The notes beneath the pieces are model-generated. The model did no database searches. It had not been told where the DNA came from and was given only the letters and a program-made list of their open reading frames with translations. Source: Myxococcota bacterium (lineage in GTDB: Bacteria; Myxococcota_A; UBA796; CAJQPC01). From it: a stretch of DNA of 64,000 nucleotides. The stretch spans positions 32,001 to 96,000 of the forward strand of contig JAZAMN010000073.1 in the NCBI GenBank assembly GCA_036229005.1. The letters run 5' to 3'. The translations under genes were made by a program, and so were the position numbers. Positions 9,453 to 18,442 of this stretch are shown here, piece by piece (position 1 is the first letter of the stretch; every line of letters begins with the position of its first letter).

Positions 9453-11074
9453 TGGGAAGCCCCCTCGGCGCTGCCGGAGTCTTGGGTTCCGTCTTCAGCG
9501 TCGGTCGCGCTCCTGGCGCGGAGCTCGTAGCTGACGGAGATGTAGCTGTTGGGCGGCGGCATCTGCTCCTCTTCGAAGCGGATGGCGTTGCGCTCGGCGA
9601 TGTAGGTCCAGTCGCTGCCCTCCTCCAGCGTGCGCAGGAAGGAGTCCAGGCTGTCGGTCTCGTAGAGCTCCACCTCGAAGGTCTCGGGGTTGGGGTTCTC
9701 GGAGAGCTCGAACTCCAGGGCCAGGCCGCTCAGGACCAGGCCCAGGTCGGCGGCGATGGGCGAGAAGTCCTCGTCGCAGATGGAGTCGACCAGGCCCTCG
9801 GTGCGGTTGGCCAGGTCCACGTAGCGCTTGCCGTAGTCGGCCACGCCGTCCTCGCTGGAGCAGGAGGGCTCCCCGGAGAACTGGGGCGGGTAGGCGCCCA
9901 CCACGGCCGAGATGTTGAAGCGGGTGTGGTTGCGGTAGGCCGACTCGCCCTTGAGGTCCGTGAAGAAGCGCAGGTACTCGTCGACGGGGGAGCCGGAGTC
10001 GTCGTCCTCGTCCGAGACGAAGATGAGCGAGAGGTTGGCGTCCTCCCGCAGGAAGCCGGCGTTGTCCTCGGAGATCAGGGGCTCCGAGAGGCTCATGCGC
10101 GCGGCCTCGTAGCCCATCTCGATGCCCACCCCGGAGGTGCCCTGGGCGACCATCTCCGAGAAGATCTCGGAGGCGCCCTCGGTCTCGGGGTCGATGATGG
10201 TGATCTGGTTGTTGAGGGTGAAGGCCTCCCCCAGCGCCAAGGATCCCTCGATGCCGCCGTTCTCGGCGGAGTCCGCGCTGCGGGCCACGACGATGAAGCC
10301 CCCGGCGGCCACGGTGGTGCCCTCCGGGAAGATGTAGTCGTTGCGCCCGGCGTCGCTGAGGTGCATGCCGGACAGGTCCAGGGCCTTGTCGGTGGTGTTC
10401 TTGAGCTCCACCCACTCGCCCAGGTTGTCGGCGACGGCCGCGGGGTCCGCCATGAACTCGTTGATGATGAGCTCACCGGACTTGGGGGCCTCGGCGCTGG
10501 TCTCGGAGCCGCCCGTGTCCGTCGTGCTGCCGGTGTCCTCGCTGGCGGTGTCCGCGCTGCCGGTGTCCGCGAGCCCAGCGGCGCAGGCGGTGTTCTCGGA
10601 TCCGGGGGTGCCCAGGTCCCCTCCCCCATAGGCGGCCGCGCCGGCGCACCAGCTCCCGGGGAGGTCGTTGAGGGTGCGGGTGGCCTTGTCGGGGTCCAGG
10701 GCGAAGCTGGCTCCGGTGGGGATGCCCCAGTCGCGGTCGAAGTCCACGCGGTCGATCTCGGAGCCCGCGGCGGAGAGCAGGCGGATCTCGTCGTCGCCGC
10801 CCACGAACTTGCCGGAGAACTGCTCCTGGACCGTGTCGGTGGTGGTCACGGCGATCTGGTACTCGACGTCGACGCCCTCGAAGTACTGGATGAAGCTGTC
10901 GAAGTTGCTGGCGAGCTTGTCCTGCTCCTCGAACATGGAGCAGGAGTTGTCGACCACCAGCAGCACATCGACCTGGTTGCGGCCGTTCTGCTGGAAGATG
11001 TCGGTGTGCTTCTGGTTGTAGAACTCGTAGTCCTGGCAGCCGAGCAGGCTCAGCAGGAGGGCAAAGCTAGGCAC
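9449..11074 (-). CDS. VWA-domain lipoprotein with inserted, permuted lamin-tail domain
   Basis: LLGC lipobox; VDVLLVVDNSCSM (MIDAS), IAVTTTD, GFLREDANLSLIFVSDEDD; LTD motifs LIINEFMADP, GEWVELKN, GTPGSEN. Confidence 0.85.
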   Translation of the reverse strand: MPSFALLLSLLGCQDYEFYNQKHTDIFQQNGRNQVDVLLVVDNSCSMFEEQDKLASNFDSFIQYFEGVDVEYQIAVTTTDTVQEQFSGKFVGGDDEIRLLSAAGSEIDRVDFDRDWGIPTGASFALDPDKATRTLNDLPGSWCAGAAAYGGGDLGTPGSENTACAAGLADTGSADTASEDTGSTTDTGGSETSAEAPKSGELIINEFMADPAAVADNLGEWVELKNTTDKALDLSGMHLSDAGRNDYIFPEGTTVAAGGFIVVARSADSAENGGIEGSLALGEAFTLNNQITIIDPETEGASEIFSEMVAQGTSGVGIEMGYEAARMSLSEPLISEDNAGFLREDANLSLIFVSDEDDDSGSPVDEYLRFFTDLKGESAYRNHTRFNISAVVGAYPPQFSGEPSCSSEDGVADYGKRYVDLANRTEGLVDSICDEDFSPIAADLGLVLSGLALEFELSENPNPETFEVELYETDSLDSFLRTLEEGSDWTYIAERNAIRFEEEQMPPPNSYISVSYELRARSATDAEDGTQDSGSAEGASQ

Positions 11075-11981
11075 CGCTGTCTCCAGTGTCGGTGGACTCG
11101 TCGGATTCGGAGGCGTTGCCTGGGTCCAGGCGGTCCACCATCGCGGTCAACAGGGCGTCGGAGAGCCCCGGGGTCTGGCTGTTCCAGTGGAAGGAGGTGA
11201 AGATCACCTGGCCGCGGCCGGCCTCGAAGCTCAGCAGCAAGGGGACGCCCTCGGCGGTGGCGTAGCCCTCGGACTCGGAGACCTTGTACTCGACGTCGCC
11301 GGTGGCGAAGACCTCGACGTCGTCGGCGACGGACTCCACGAAGGTCCAGTCGGAGTAGTCGAAGTGCACGGACATGGTGTCCGAGCCGACCTCGGTCTTG
11401 AGGCCCTCGTCCTGGAGTTGGGCGGTGAGCTGGCCGGCGACCGCGACCTGGGCTGCGTCGTACACCCCGCTCTCATCTTGGTAGAACTTGACCTTCTCGG
11501 GCCACACGGCCTCGACGAGGTCATAGCTCCAGTCGCTGACGACCAGGGTGCGCCCGTTGCCTTCCACGTAGGTGCGCACGCGCTCGATGACCTCGGGGTC
11601 GGCGACAAAGGCGTCGTCGTCTTCGATGCCGTTCCACTGGACCTCTCCGAAGCCGCGGGCCCCGGAGTTGACGAACACGGCGTCGAAGCTGTCGATCTCG
11701 GCGTCCTCGTCCGCGTCCACGTAGGTGAACAGGGTCTCGGACTTGAGGGCGATCTGCTCGGGGTCCACGTCGTCGTCGTAGGCGGGGGCGGAGATGAAGC
11801 CCTCGTAGACGGTGTGGGCGACGTCCAGGCGGCCCAGGTTGCGCTCGACCGCGTCGAAGTCGCCGGACACGACCGCGATGTTGTCGAAGGGCTGGAGGAT
11901 GATCTCGTTCTCCGTGCACCCCAGGGAGAGGAATCCCAGGGGAGCCAGGAGGACGGCGAGGGCGCAGGTCCTGCGCTTCAT
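11067..11981 (-). CDS. Lipoprotein with class I glutamine-amidotransferase-like fold (probably non-catalytic)
   Basis: MKRRTCALAVLLAPLGFLSLGC; IAVVSGDFD, FDAVFVNSG, LVVSDWSY, GRGQVIFTSFH. Real start ATG 11981 (track 12299 overlaps upstream gene). Confidence 0.7.
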   Translation of the reverse strand: MKRRTCALAVLLAPLGFLSLGCTENEIILQPFDNIAVVSGDFDAVERNLGRLDVAHTVYEGFISAPAYDDDVDPEQIALKSETLFTYVDADEDAEIDSFDAVFVNSGARGFGEVQWNGIEDDDAFVADPEVIERVRTYVEGNGRTLVVSDWSYDLVEAVWPEKVKFYQDESGVYDAAQVAVAGQLTAQLQDEGLKTEVGSDTMSVHFDYSDWTFVESVADDVEVFATGDVEYKVSESEGYATAEGVPLLLSFEAGRGQVIFTSFHWNSQTPGLSDALLTAMVDRLDPGNASESDESTDTGDSGA

Positions 11982-11998
11982 GGGGGCTCCGCGCACGC

Positions 11999-13774
11999 TC
12001 ACTCGAGGATGAAAGCGGCCTGAAGGTAGATGTAGGAGTCGGCCTGGTTCTGCTGGTAGATGCTCTCTCGCAGGCCGAACTCGCGGCCCTGGATGAAGCT
12101 GTACGCGATGAAGTAGACCTGACCGGGATCCAGGAGGCTGAGCTCTTCGGCGATGTAGGCGTGCACGCCGTCGTCCCAGGGGATGGAGGCGGCCATGCCC
12201 GGGTCCGTGGTGCCGTTGTAGGTGGTGCCGCTGATCTCGGTGTAGAAGATGGCGTCGGGGTAGGTGCACGCGCCCAGGCCGCCCTCGGTGTTGGACCACT
12301 GGTAGTTCAGGTCCGTCGAGCGGTCGTGGGTGTAGTTGCCCCAGAAGCCGGGGGTGTCCAGGTACCAGTTGCAGGGCACGGTGGGCTGGACGTCCTCGAT
12401 GATCTCCTCCTCGAGCCCGTCGGGGTCGCCCTGCAGGTGCAGATCGTAGAGGTTGTCGGGGACGTAGTCGTCGATGGTCAGGTCGTAGCCGACGTAGCTG
12501 ATCATCCCGGAGTTGGAGTCGACGGTCTTCTCCAGGGTGACGGTGTTGGCGTCGGACTCCAGCCAGACGTAGTCGCCCGCGGAGACGGTCGTGGGGTTGG
12601 GGCAGTCTTCGGCCTCACCTTCGCTACCGGAGCCGGTGACGGGTCCGACCACGTTGCCGTCGTAGGGGGAGGGCTCGGGCTTGGAGCCCATCCCGCCGCC
12701 GCCGCTGGGACAGGGCGGATCCAGGGGCACAAAGAACACCGCGCCAGCGTTCACCCGCTCGACCAGCGCGCCGCTGTCGTTGTCGATGCCCCGGGTGACG
12801 GTGAAGGAGAGCGAGACGGCGACCTCCTCCAGGGACCAGGTGCCGCCCTGGACCTCGAAGGCGTCGGGGATGCGGAGGCCCTCGTCGTCGGTGGTGATGA
12901 GCACGTCGCGGTCACCGAGCTCCGCGGCGTTGGACAGGGTCATGCGGCCCCAGAGGTTCTCCGAGTCCAGCACGGTGATGCTGTCCACGCGGATGTCCGG
13001 GTTCAGGCCGTCGCTGTCGTAGAAGGTGATGTCCGTGACGTCCTGGATGAAGTTGGTGTCCCGCGCCTTGACGGTGAACTCCACCTGGGTGCCCTGGGTG
13101 GCCTCGGCGGGGTCCCAGGTCGCGGCCAGGGCGACGCGGTCGACCATGAATCCGTCGTAGAGGTTCACGACCTTGGGGCCGTCCTCCGTGTAGATGTCCC
13201 GCAGGCCGGGGCGGGCGTCGCCCTCGATGGAGATCTCGGCCTCCAGCAGGGTCTGGGAGAGGACCTGGACCTCCAGCACGTCGATGTCGTCGCCCAGGTT
13301 GACCCAGGTGCGGCCGTCCTTCCACTCGGTGTTCTGGCCCTCCAGCGTGATGGACACGGTCTCGCCGACCTTGCCCCGCTCGGGGGTGACCACGAAGGTC
13401 TCGCCGGTGACCCGGAAGCCCTTCTCGATGGCGTAGCTGCGGCCGCTGGTGTCGATCTGGATCTTGCGGGGGCCGACCTCGGCGTCCGGCTCGATGCTGA
13501 TGTCGACCAGCAGGGTCCAGTTGTCCTGGACGGTGACGCCGTCCACCCGGATCCCGGCGCCAAAGTAGACATCGGTGGCGCCGTCGAAGTCGAACACGCC
13601 GTTCTGCGCCTGGATGCCGACCTGCATGGAGCGGCCAGCGGGTCCGGCGGGCGGAGAGACGGTGAACAGCGAGTCCGGCGCGGCCTGCTCACCGCTGTCG
13701 TCTGGCTGGGAGTTGCAGCCCAGCACGAGCAGAGGGGCGGCGGCGAGCGACAGCAACAGCCAGCTTCGCGACAT
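11999..13774 (-). CDS. Lipoprotein with three Ig-like repeats and unknown C-terminal beta domain
   Basis: MSRSWLLLSLAAAPLLVLGC after AGGAG; three ~85-aa repeats ending AEVGPRKIQI / ARPGLRDIYT / AELGDRDVLI. Confidence 0.8.
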   Translation of the reverse strand: MSRSWLLLSLAAAPLLVLGCNSQPDDSGEQAAPDSLFTVSPPAGPAGRSMQVGIQAQNGVFDFDGATDVYFGAGIRVDGVTVQDNWTLLVDISIEPDAEVGPRKIQIDTSGRSYAIEKGFRVTGETFVVTPERGKVGETVSITLEGQNTEWKDGRTWVNLGDDIDVLEVQVLSQTLLEAEISIEGDARPGLRDIYTEDGPKVVNLYDGFMVDRVALAATWDPAEATQGTQVEFTVKARDTNFIQDVTDITFYDSDGLNPDIRVDSITVLDSENLWGRMTLSNAAELGDRDVLITTDDEGLRIPDAFEVQGGTWSLEEVAVSLSFTVTRGIDNDSGALVERVNAGAVFFVPLDPPCPSGGGGMGSKPEPSPYDGNVVGPVTGSGSEGEAEDCPNPTTVSAGDYVWLESDANTVTLEKTVDSNSGMISYVGYDLTIDDYVPDNLYDLHLQGDPDGLEEEIIEDVQPTVPCNWYLDTPGFWGNYTHDRSTDLNYQWSNTEGGLGACTYPDAIFYTEISGTTYNGTTDPGMAASIPWDDGVHAYIAEELSLLDPGQVYFIAYSFIQGREFGLRESIYQQNQADSYIYLQAAFILE

Positions 13775-13940
13775 GGACGGTCTCCTGAGACGGACGGGCC
13801 CCGCAGTATAGCGACGCCGTGACCCGGCCCGCAATGGCCGTCGACCGCGACTGCTGGCGCAAAAGGCAGGTAAGACAGGCGCAGGGTGTTGGCGCTGGGC
13901 GGGGCCAATAGCCTGGGGGCTTCCAAACGGAGATGCCCAA

Positions 13941-15212
13941 GTGACCCTCATCGCCCTGAGCCTGTTTGCCTGCAAGGACGGCGGCGGCGCCGACACCGCG
14001 CCCACCAACTCCGCCCCCGAGATCACCTCGCTCGCGCTCACCCCGTCCGAAGCCGGTGTGGAGGACCCCATCGTCGCGGCGGTGGAGGCGAGTGATGCAG
14101 ACGGCGACACCCTCTCCTACTCCTACGCCTGGACCGTCGACGGAGAGGCCGCCGGGGACGACAGCGACACCCTGCCCGCGGGGACCGCCACCAAGGGCCA
14201 GTCCGTGGTGGTCAGCGTCTCGGTCAGCGACGGGGAGGAGGAGGTCAGCTCCGAGAGCGCTGCGCTCACCATCGGGAACACCGCTCCGGCTGGCGGGGCG
14301 GTCTCCATCCTGCCGGGGACCCCCAGCGCCGGCGAGGACCTGATCTGCCGCCTGACCACCGAGCCCACGGACGCCGATGGCGACGCCCTTGGCTACACGG
14401 TGACCTGGACCGTGGACGGCGTGGCGGTCTCCCCCCAGGGCGTCGACACCGAGCTCCCCGACGACCACGTCCTGGCCAGCCAGACCCGGGGTGAGGAGAC
14501 GTGGGCCTGTGAGATCACCGCGGACGATGGGGAGGCCTCGATCACTCTGGCCGCCAGCGTGACCCTGCCCCCCGCGCCGCAGGTGCTCATCATCTGGGAC
14601 ACCGAGTCGGAGGGGACCCCTGGTCTGGTGAGCGCGCTGGAGGACTCCGGCGCCATCGTGACGCTCTCCGACACCGACGAGACCGGCTACACGGGGCTGA
14701 ACCCGGCGCCCGACGCCTTCGACACGGTCATCCACCTGAACGGGACGACCTACACCACCGACATGCCCACCGAGGGCCAGACCGCGCTCGTGGACTTCGT
14801 CGACAACGGCGGCGGCTTCATCAGCACCGAGTGGGACGCCTACGAGGTGTTGTACAACCGGCACCAGGTGCTGCAGGCCATCGTGCCGATGCGGCGCGAC
14901 AACGGGTCCGGCGGGACCTTCACGGAGCACACGCTGGTGGGTGAGCACCCCGTGACCGACTCCCTCCCGGAGACCTTCACCGTCACCGCGAATTGCAATG
15001 GCAACGTGGGGAGCGCCGTGGAGGCGGCCCAGGTCCTGGCGACCACCGTCCTGTGGGGGGACACGGTCGCCGTGATGTCCTACGGCAGCGGCCGCGTGGC
15101 CGGGTTCGCCTATGCCGGCAACTACGCCAACGACAGCAGCGCCTACTGCCTGAACGACCCCGCGATCAGCACCATGATGGTGAACGCGGTGTGGTGGACC
15201 GCGGGGATGTGA
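13941..15212 (+). CDS. Lipoprotein with two Ig-like repeats and C-terminal GATase-like domain
   Basis: MTLIALSLFAC; repeats SDADGDTLSYSYAWTVDG / TDADGDALGYTVTWTVDG; ALVDFVDNGGGFI, YGSGRV. Confidence 0.75.
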   Translation: MTLIALSLFACKDGGGADTAPTNSAPEITSLALTPSEAGVEDPIVAAVEASDADGDTLSYSYAWTVDGEAAGDDSDTLPAGTATKGQSVVVSVSVSDGEEEVSSESAALTIGNTAPAGGAVSILPGTPSAGEDLICRLTTEPTDADGDALGYTVTWTVDGVAVSPQGVDTELPDDHVLASQTRGEETWACEITADDGEASITLAASVTLPPAPQVLIIWDTESEGTPGLVSALEDSGAIVTLSDTDETGYTGLNPAPDAFDTVIHLNGTTYTTDMPTEGQTALVDFVDNGGGFISTEWDAYEVLYNRHQVLQAIVPMRRDNGSGGTFTEHTLVGEHPVTDSLPETFTVTANCNGNVGSAVEAAQVLATTVLWGDTVAVMSYGSGRVAGFAYAGNYANDSSAYCLNDPAISTMMVNAVWWTAGM

Positions 15213-15255
15213 GCCCGGCCCCTGAGGCGCCGGCCGAGCGATCGAGCCCGGAGCC

Positions 15256-16473
15256 TCAGGGCAGGCTGACGAACATCGTCAGCAGGCACATTTCGTCTTG
15301 GGTGCCGTCACCCCAGTTGGTGACCTCATCGACCGAGGTGCTGTCGTAGGTGCAGCGCATGCCGATGGCGTCGCTGGGCTCGACCCGCACGGGCTCCGTG
15401 AAGGTGTAGGCGAGCTGCCAGTTGAAGTCCCAGCGGGGCACGTCGACCAGGCAGGTCTCGCTGCCGTCTTCGTGCTCCAGCCAGGCCTGCTCGGAGCGGC
15501 CGAGCTTGTGCATGTGGGGGGCGACGGCCCACAGGTTCAGAGCGATGGGCACCCCAAAGTCGGAGAGGCTAACGACGCTCTCCTCGCTGTGGGACTCCTG
15601 GCCGGGGGGGATGTTCAGGGTGGCATCCACCCAGAAGAAGGAGAGCATCTCGGTCTCCACCTGGGGCTCGATCTGGAGGTTGACCTTGGTGCTGTCCAGG
15701 TGGTCGTCAGACGCGTTGTTGTAGTGCATCTGCACGACCACGGGCATGTCGGGCTTGACGCGGATGCCGGTGCCCTCGGGGTAGCGGTTCACCGAGGTGC
15801 CCGGGGCCCAGGAGGCCAGCATGGAAGCGTCCACCCGAGCGTCGCCGAAGCAGGTGTATCCCTCGCCGCTGTCGGCGTCGTCGAGCTCGTAGGCCTCGGC
15901 GAGGGCGGCCTCGTCGCTGGGGGCGTACACGATGAGGTGGTGCACGATCTCAGGGTTGCCCGGCAGCACCTCGAAGCCGGTCAGGAAGCCCTCTTCGGTG
16001 ACACCGGGGTCCACGATGAAGCAGCGGTATGCGTCCGAGCTCTGAGCGAACGCGACCTCCACCTCTCCCAGGTCCAGAGTGTGGCTGACCTCCTCCAGCT
16101 CAGGGAGCGGGTCGGGAGCGCCGGGGTGGTCCTCCGGATTGCCCTCGACCAGACCACCGTCCACCCAGTCGCGGATGGTGGCGATCTCGTCCTCGGAGAG
16201 CCACTTGGCGTCGTGGTAGTCGTTGCAGGCGCCGCTGGCATCGGCCAGGTAGGGCGGCATGCGGCGGCTCTCCACCGAGTCCAGGACCTGGTTGGCCAGC
16301 AGGCTGACCTGCTCGTAGTCCTCCAGGCCGAAGGGACCGATGGCGCCCGCCTGGTGGCAGCTCACGCAGTTGTCCCGCAGGATGGGGGCCACGTCGCGGT
16401 TGTACTGGACCGCGCTGGGGTCGGCGGAGTCGCCAGGAGAGTCGCTGTTGCAGGCAAGGAGGAGGAGGAGCAT
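15256..16473 (-). CDS. Copper type II ascorbate-dependent monooxygenase-like lipoprotein with N-terminal c-type heme motif
   Basis: MLLLLLAC; CVSCH; VHHLIVY (CuH), PHMHKLG and DEMC (CuM). Confidence 0.85.
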   Translation of the reverse strand: MLLLLLACNSDSPGDSADPSAVQYNRDVAPILRDNCVSCHQAGAIGPFGLEDYEQVSLLANQVLDSVESRRMPPYLADASGACNDYHDAKWLSEDEIATIRDWVDGGLVEGNPEDHPGAPDPLPELEEVSHTLDLGEVEVAFAQSSDAYRCFIVDPGVTEEGFLTGFEVLPGNPEIVHHLIVYAPSDEAALAEAYELDDADSGEGYTCFGDARVDASMLASWAPGTSVNRYPEGTGIRVKPDMPVVVQMHYNNASDDHLDSTKVNLQIEPQVETEMLSFFWVDATLNIPPGQESHSEESVVSLSDFGVPIALNLWAVAPHMHKLGRSEQAWLEHEDGSETCLVDVPRWDFNWQLAYTFTEPVRVEPSDAIGMRCTYDSTSVDEVTNWGDGTQDEMCLLTMFVSLP

Positions 16474-16477
16474 TCGG

Positions 16478-17041
16478 TCAGCCCTGGGTTTTGGAGACCA
16501 CCTCTCTTAGCCCAAGGTGCCGCTCCAGTGAAAGCAGCAACTCCTGCCGGCCCGAGGAAAACCCGTGCCAGGCCCGCAACTGGGGGAAGAAGACGAAGGC
16601 CAGCCCCATGAAGGCGAGGGCCCCGCGGTACAGCGGCTCGGGCGCCTGGAGGGCGGCGGTCGCGAGCAGCAGGATGCCGACGACGGCGTAGACCGCAGAC
16701 CAGCTATGGATGCGCGGGTGGGGCGCCAGGGTGCCCACGAGTCGGCTCCCCTCTCCGTCGGCGTGGAGCTCGGCGTGCAGCAGGGGCTGGAAGGGAGAGA
16801 GATCCTGGCTGCGGCGTAGCTGAGCGAGCTCCCAGTTCTGGGCGTCGATGCGCCCCCAAAGAGGCTGGGGACTCTGCGGCGCGCGGAGCACCTGGAGGAC
16901 GATCCCCCCGGGGCTGAGCTTGAAGACCAGCGGCCAGCGGCCCTCCAGCGGCTCGAGGTGCTCCCGGGCCCGGGCGAGCAGCGCATGGGGAGGCTGTTCG
17001 CTGCGCAGGGTGACCTGGCTCTTGAGGGTGAAGGGGTTCAC
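16478..17041 (-). CDS. Hypothetical membrane protein (two C-terminal TM helices)
   Basis: Fits between nqrM and the monooxygenase with 4-5 nt gaps; two hydrophobic segments. Confidence 0.65.
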   Translation of the reverse strand: MNPFTLKSQVTLRSEQPPHALLARAREHLEPLEGRWPLVFKLSPGGIVLQVLRAPQSPQPLWGRIDAQNWELAQLRRSQDLSPFQPLLHAELHADGEGSRLVGTLAPHPRIHSWSAVYAVVGILLLATAALQAPEPLYRGALAFMGLAFVFFPQLRAWHGFSSGRQELLLSLERHLGLREVVSKTQG

Positions 17042-17046
17042 CGGGC

Positions 17047-17226
17047 TCAGCGGGCGAACTGCTTCTCGGCGTGGCAGGCCCGCCGCTTCTCGAGCTCACA
17101 CACGCAGTCTTCGCCGCCCTTGCCTCCGCAAGAGCCCTTGAGCTCCTTGTTGGAGAAGATGACGCCGACGGCCAGCCCCGCCATAGCGAGGCCGACGATC
17201 CCGGTCGCGAGGAGAATGGTGGCCAT
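17047..17226 (-). CDS. nqrM: Na+-NQR maturation factor NqrM (DUF539), 59 aa; missed by ORF track
   Basis: Manual translation MATILLATGIVGLAMAGLAVGVIFSNKELKGSCGGKGGEDCVCELEKRRACHAEKQFAR; TM plus KGSCGG; AAGGAGG RBS; directly after apbE. Confidence 0.9.
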   Translation of the reverse strand: MATILLATGIVGLAMAGLAVGVIFSNKELKGSCGGKGGEDCVCELEKRRACHAEKQFAR

Positions 17227-17259
17227 GGGCCCTCCTTTGGGGACGCTCCCCTAACCGGA

Positions 17260-18369
17260 CTACTGCTGGGGTGCGGGGAAGTTGCTGCTGCGCAGGGCCT
17301 GGAGCTGCTCTCCATCACGGACCAGCATGAGCACCGCGAGGCCCTGCTGCTCGGCGAAGGCCATGCCCTGCTCCGGGCCCATCACGGACAAGGCAGTGGC
17401 GTATGCGTCCGCCATCATGCAGCTACTGTGAAGCACGCTGACGCTGGCCAGCGTGTGCTCGACGGGCCTACCGGTCTTGGGGTCGATGGTGTGCGAGAAG
17501 CGCTGACCGTCCACCGTGAAGAAGTTCCGGTAGTCCCCGCTGGTCGCCATGGCGGCCTGGGTCATGGGGACCACCTGGAACACGCCGCCCTCCTGGGTGG
17601 GGCGCTCCACGGCGATGCGCCAGGGACTCCCCTCCCCCTGCGACTGGCTGGCGGGCTTGGCCTGCCCGACGCGGATCTCGCCGCCGACCTCGACCATGTA
17701 GGACAGGTGTCCGGCCTGCTCCAGGGTCTGGGCGACGCGGTCCACGGCGTAGCCCTTGGCGATGGCCGACAGGTCCACCCGGATGTCGTCCCGGGAGCGG
17801 GTCAGGGTCTTGCCGCCAGCGGCGTCCTCCCCGAAGCTGATGGCGCCGAAGTCCACGCGCGCGAGCGCCGACCCGATGTCCTCGTCTGCGGGCAGATCGC
17901 TGCGGCTGGGGTCGGGTCCGAAGCCCCAGAGTTGCACCAAGGGACCCACGGTGGGGTCGAAAGCCCCCTCGGACTCCTTGTGGACCTGCTGGGCGGCCGA
18001 CATGACCTCGAAGAACAGGGGCGAGGCCTCGAACGCCACGTCCACCGGCTGCTCGCCGAAGCGGGAGATCTCGGAGGTGGGCAGGTAGGTGGACATGCTC
18101 TGGTTCACCCCCTCCAGCGCCTGGGTGATGGCCTTCTGCAGGCGCTCGTGGGCCTCGGGGTTCAGCTCCCCGGGGATGCGCACGGTCCAGGTCGTGCCCA
18201 TGGTCTCCCCCCAGAGGGAGGTGAGGGGCTGCTGGGCCTCGGCTTGCTGCGCCCACTGCTCCTTGGCCTCCTGGCCGCGCTGCCACCAGACGACGGTGAC
18301 CACGCTGAGGAAGACCGCCGGGATCGCCATTCTCTTGAGGATGGCCTTGAGCTCGGGGGACATGGACAT
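17260..18369 (-). CDS. apbE: FAD:protein FMN transferase ApbE
   Basis: GETMGTTW, GAFDPTVGPL, DLSAIAKGYAVD, ATSGDYRNFF, SHTIDPKTG, ADAYATA; next to nqr. Confidence 0.97.
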   Translation of the reverse strand: MSMSPELKAILKRMAIPAVFLSVVTVVWWQRGQEAKEQWAQQAEAQQPLTSLWGETMGTTWTVRIPGELNPEAHERLQKAITQALEGVNQSMSTYLPTSEISRFGEQPVDVAFEASPLFFEVMSAAQQVHKESEGAFDPTVGPLVQLWGFGPDPSRSDLPADEDIGSALARVDFGAISFGEDAAGGKTLTRSRDDIRVDLSAIAKGYAVDRVAQTLEQAGHLSYMVEVGGEIRVGQAKPASQSQGEGSPWRIAVERPTQEGGVFQVVPMTQAAMATSGDYRNFFTVDGQRFSHTIDPKTGRPVEHTLASVSVLHSSCMMADAYATALSVMGPEQGMAFAEQQGLAVLMLVRDGEQLQALRSSNFPAPQQ

Positions 18370-18442
18370 TCACACCTCCAAAAAGAGAGACCCGCGAAGG
18401 GAAATCCCAACGCGGGTCTGTGCAGACGAGGACAGGCTGGGC

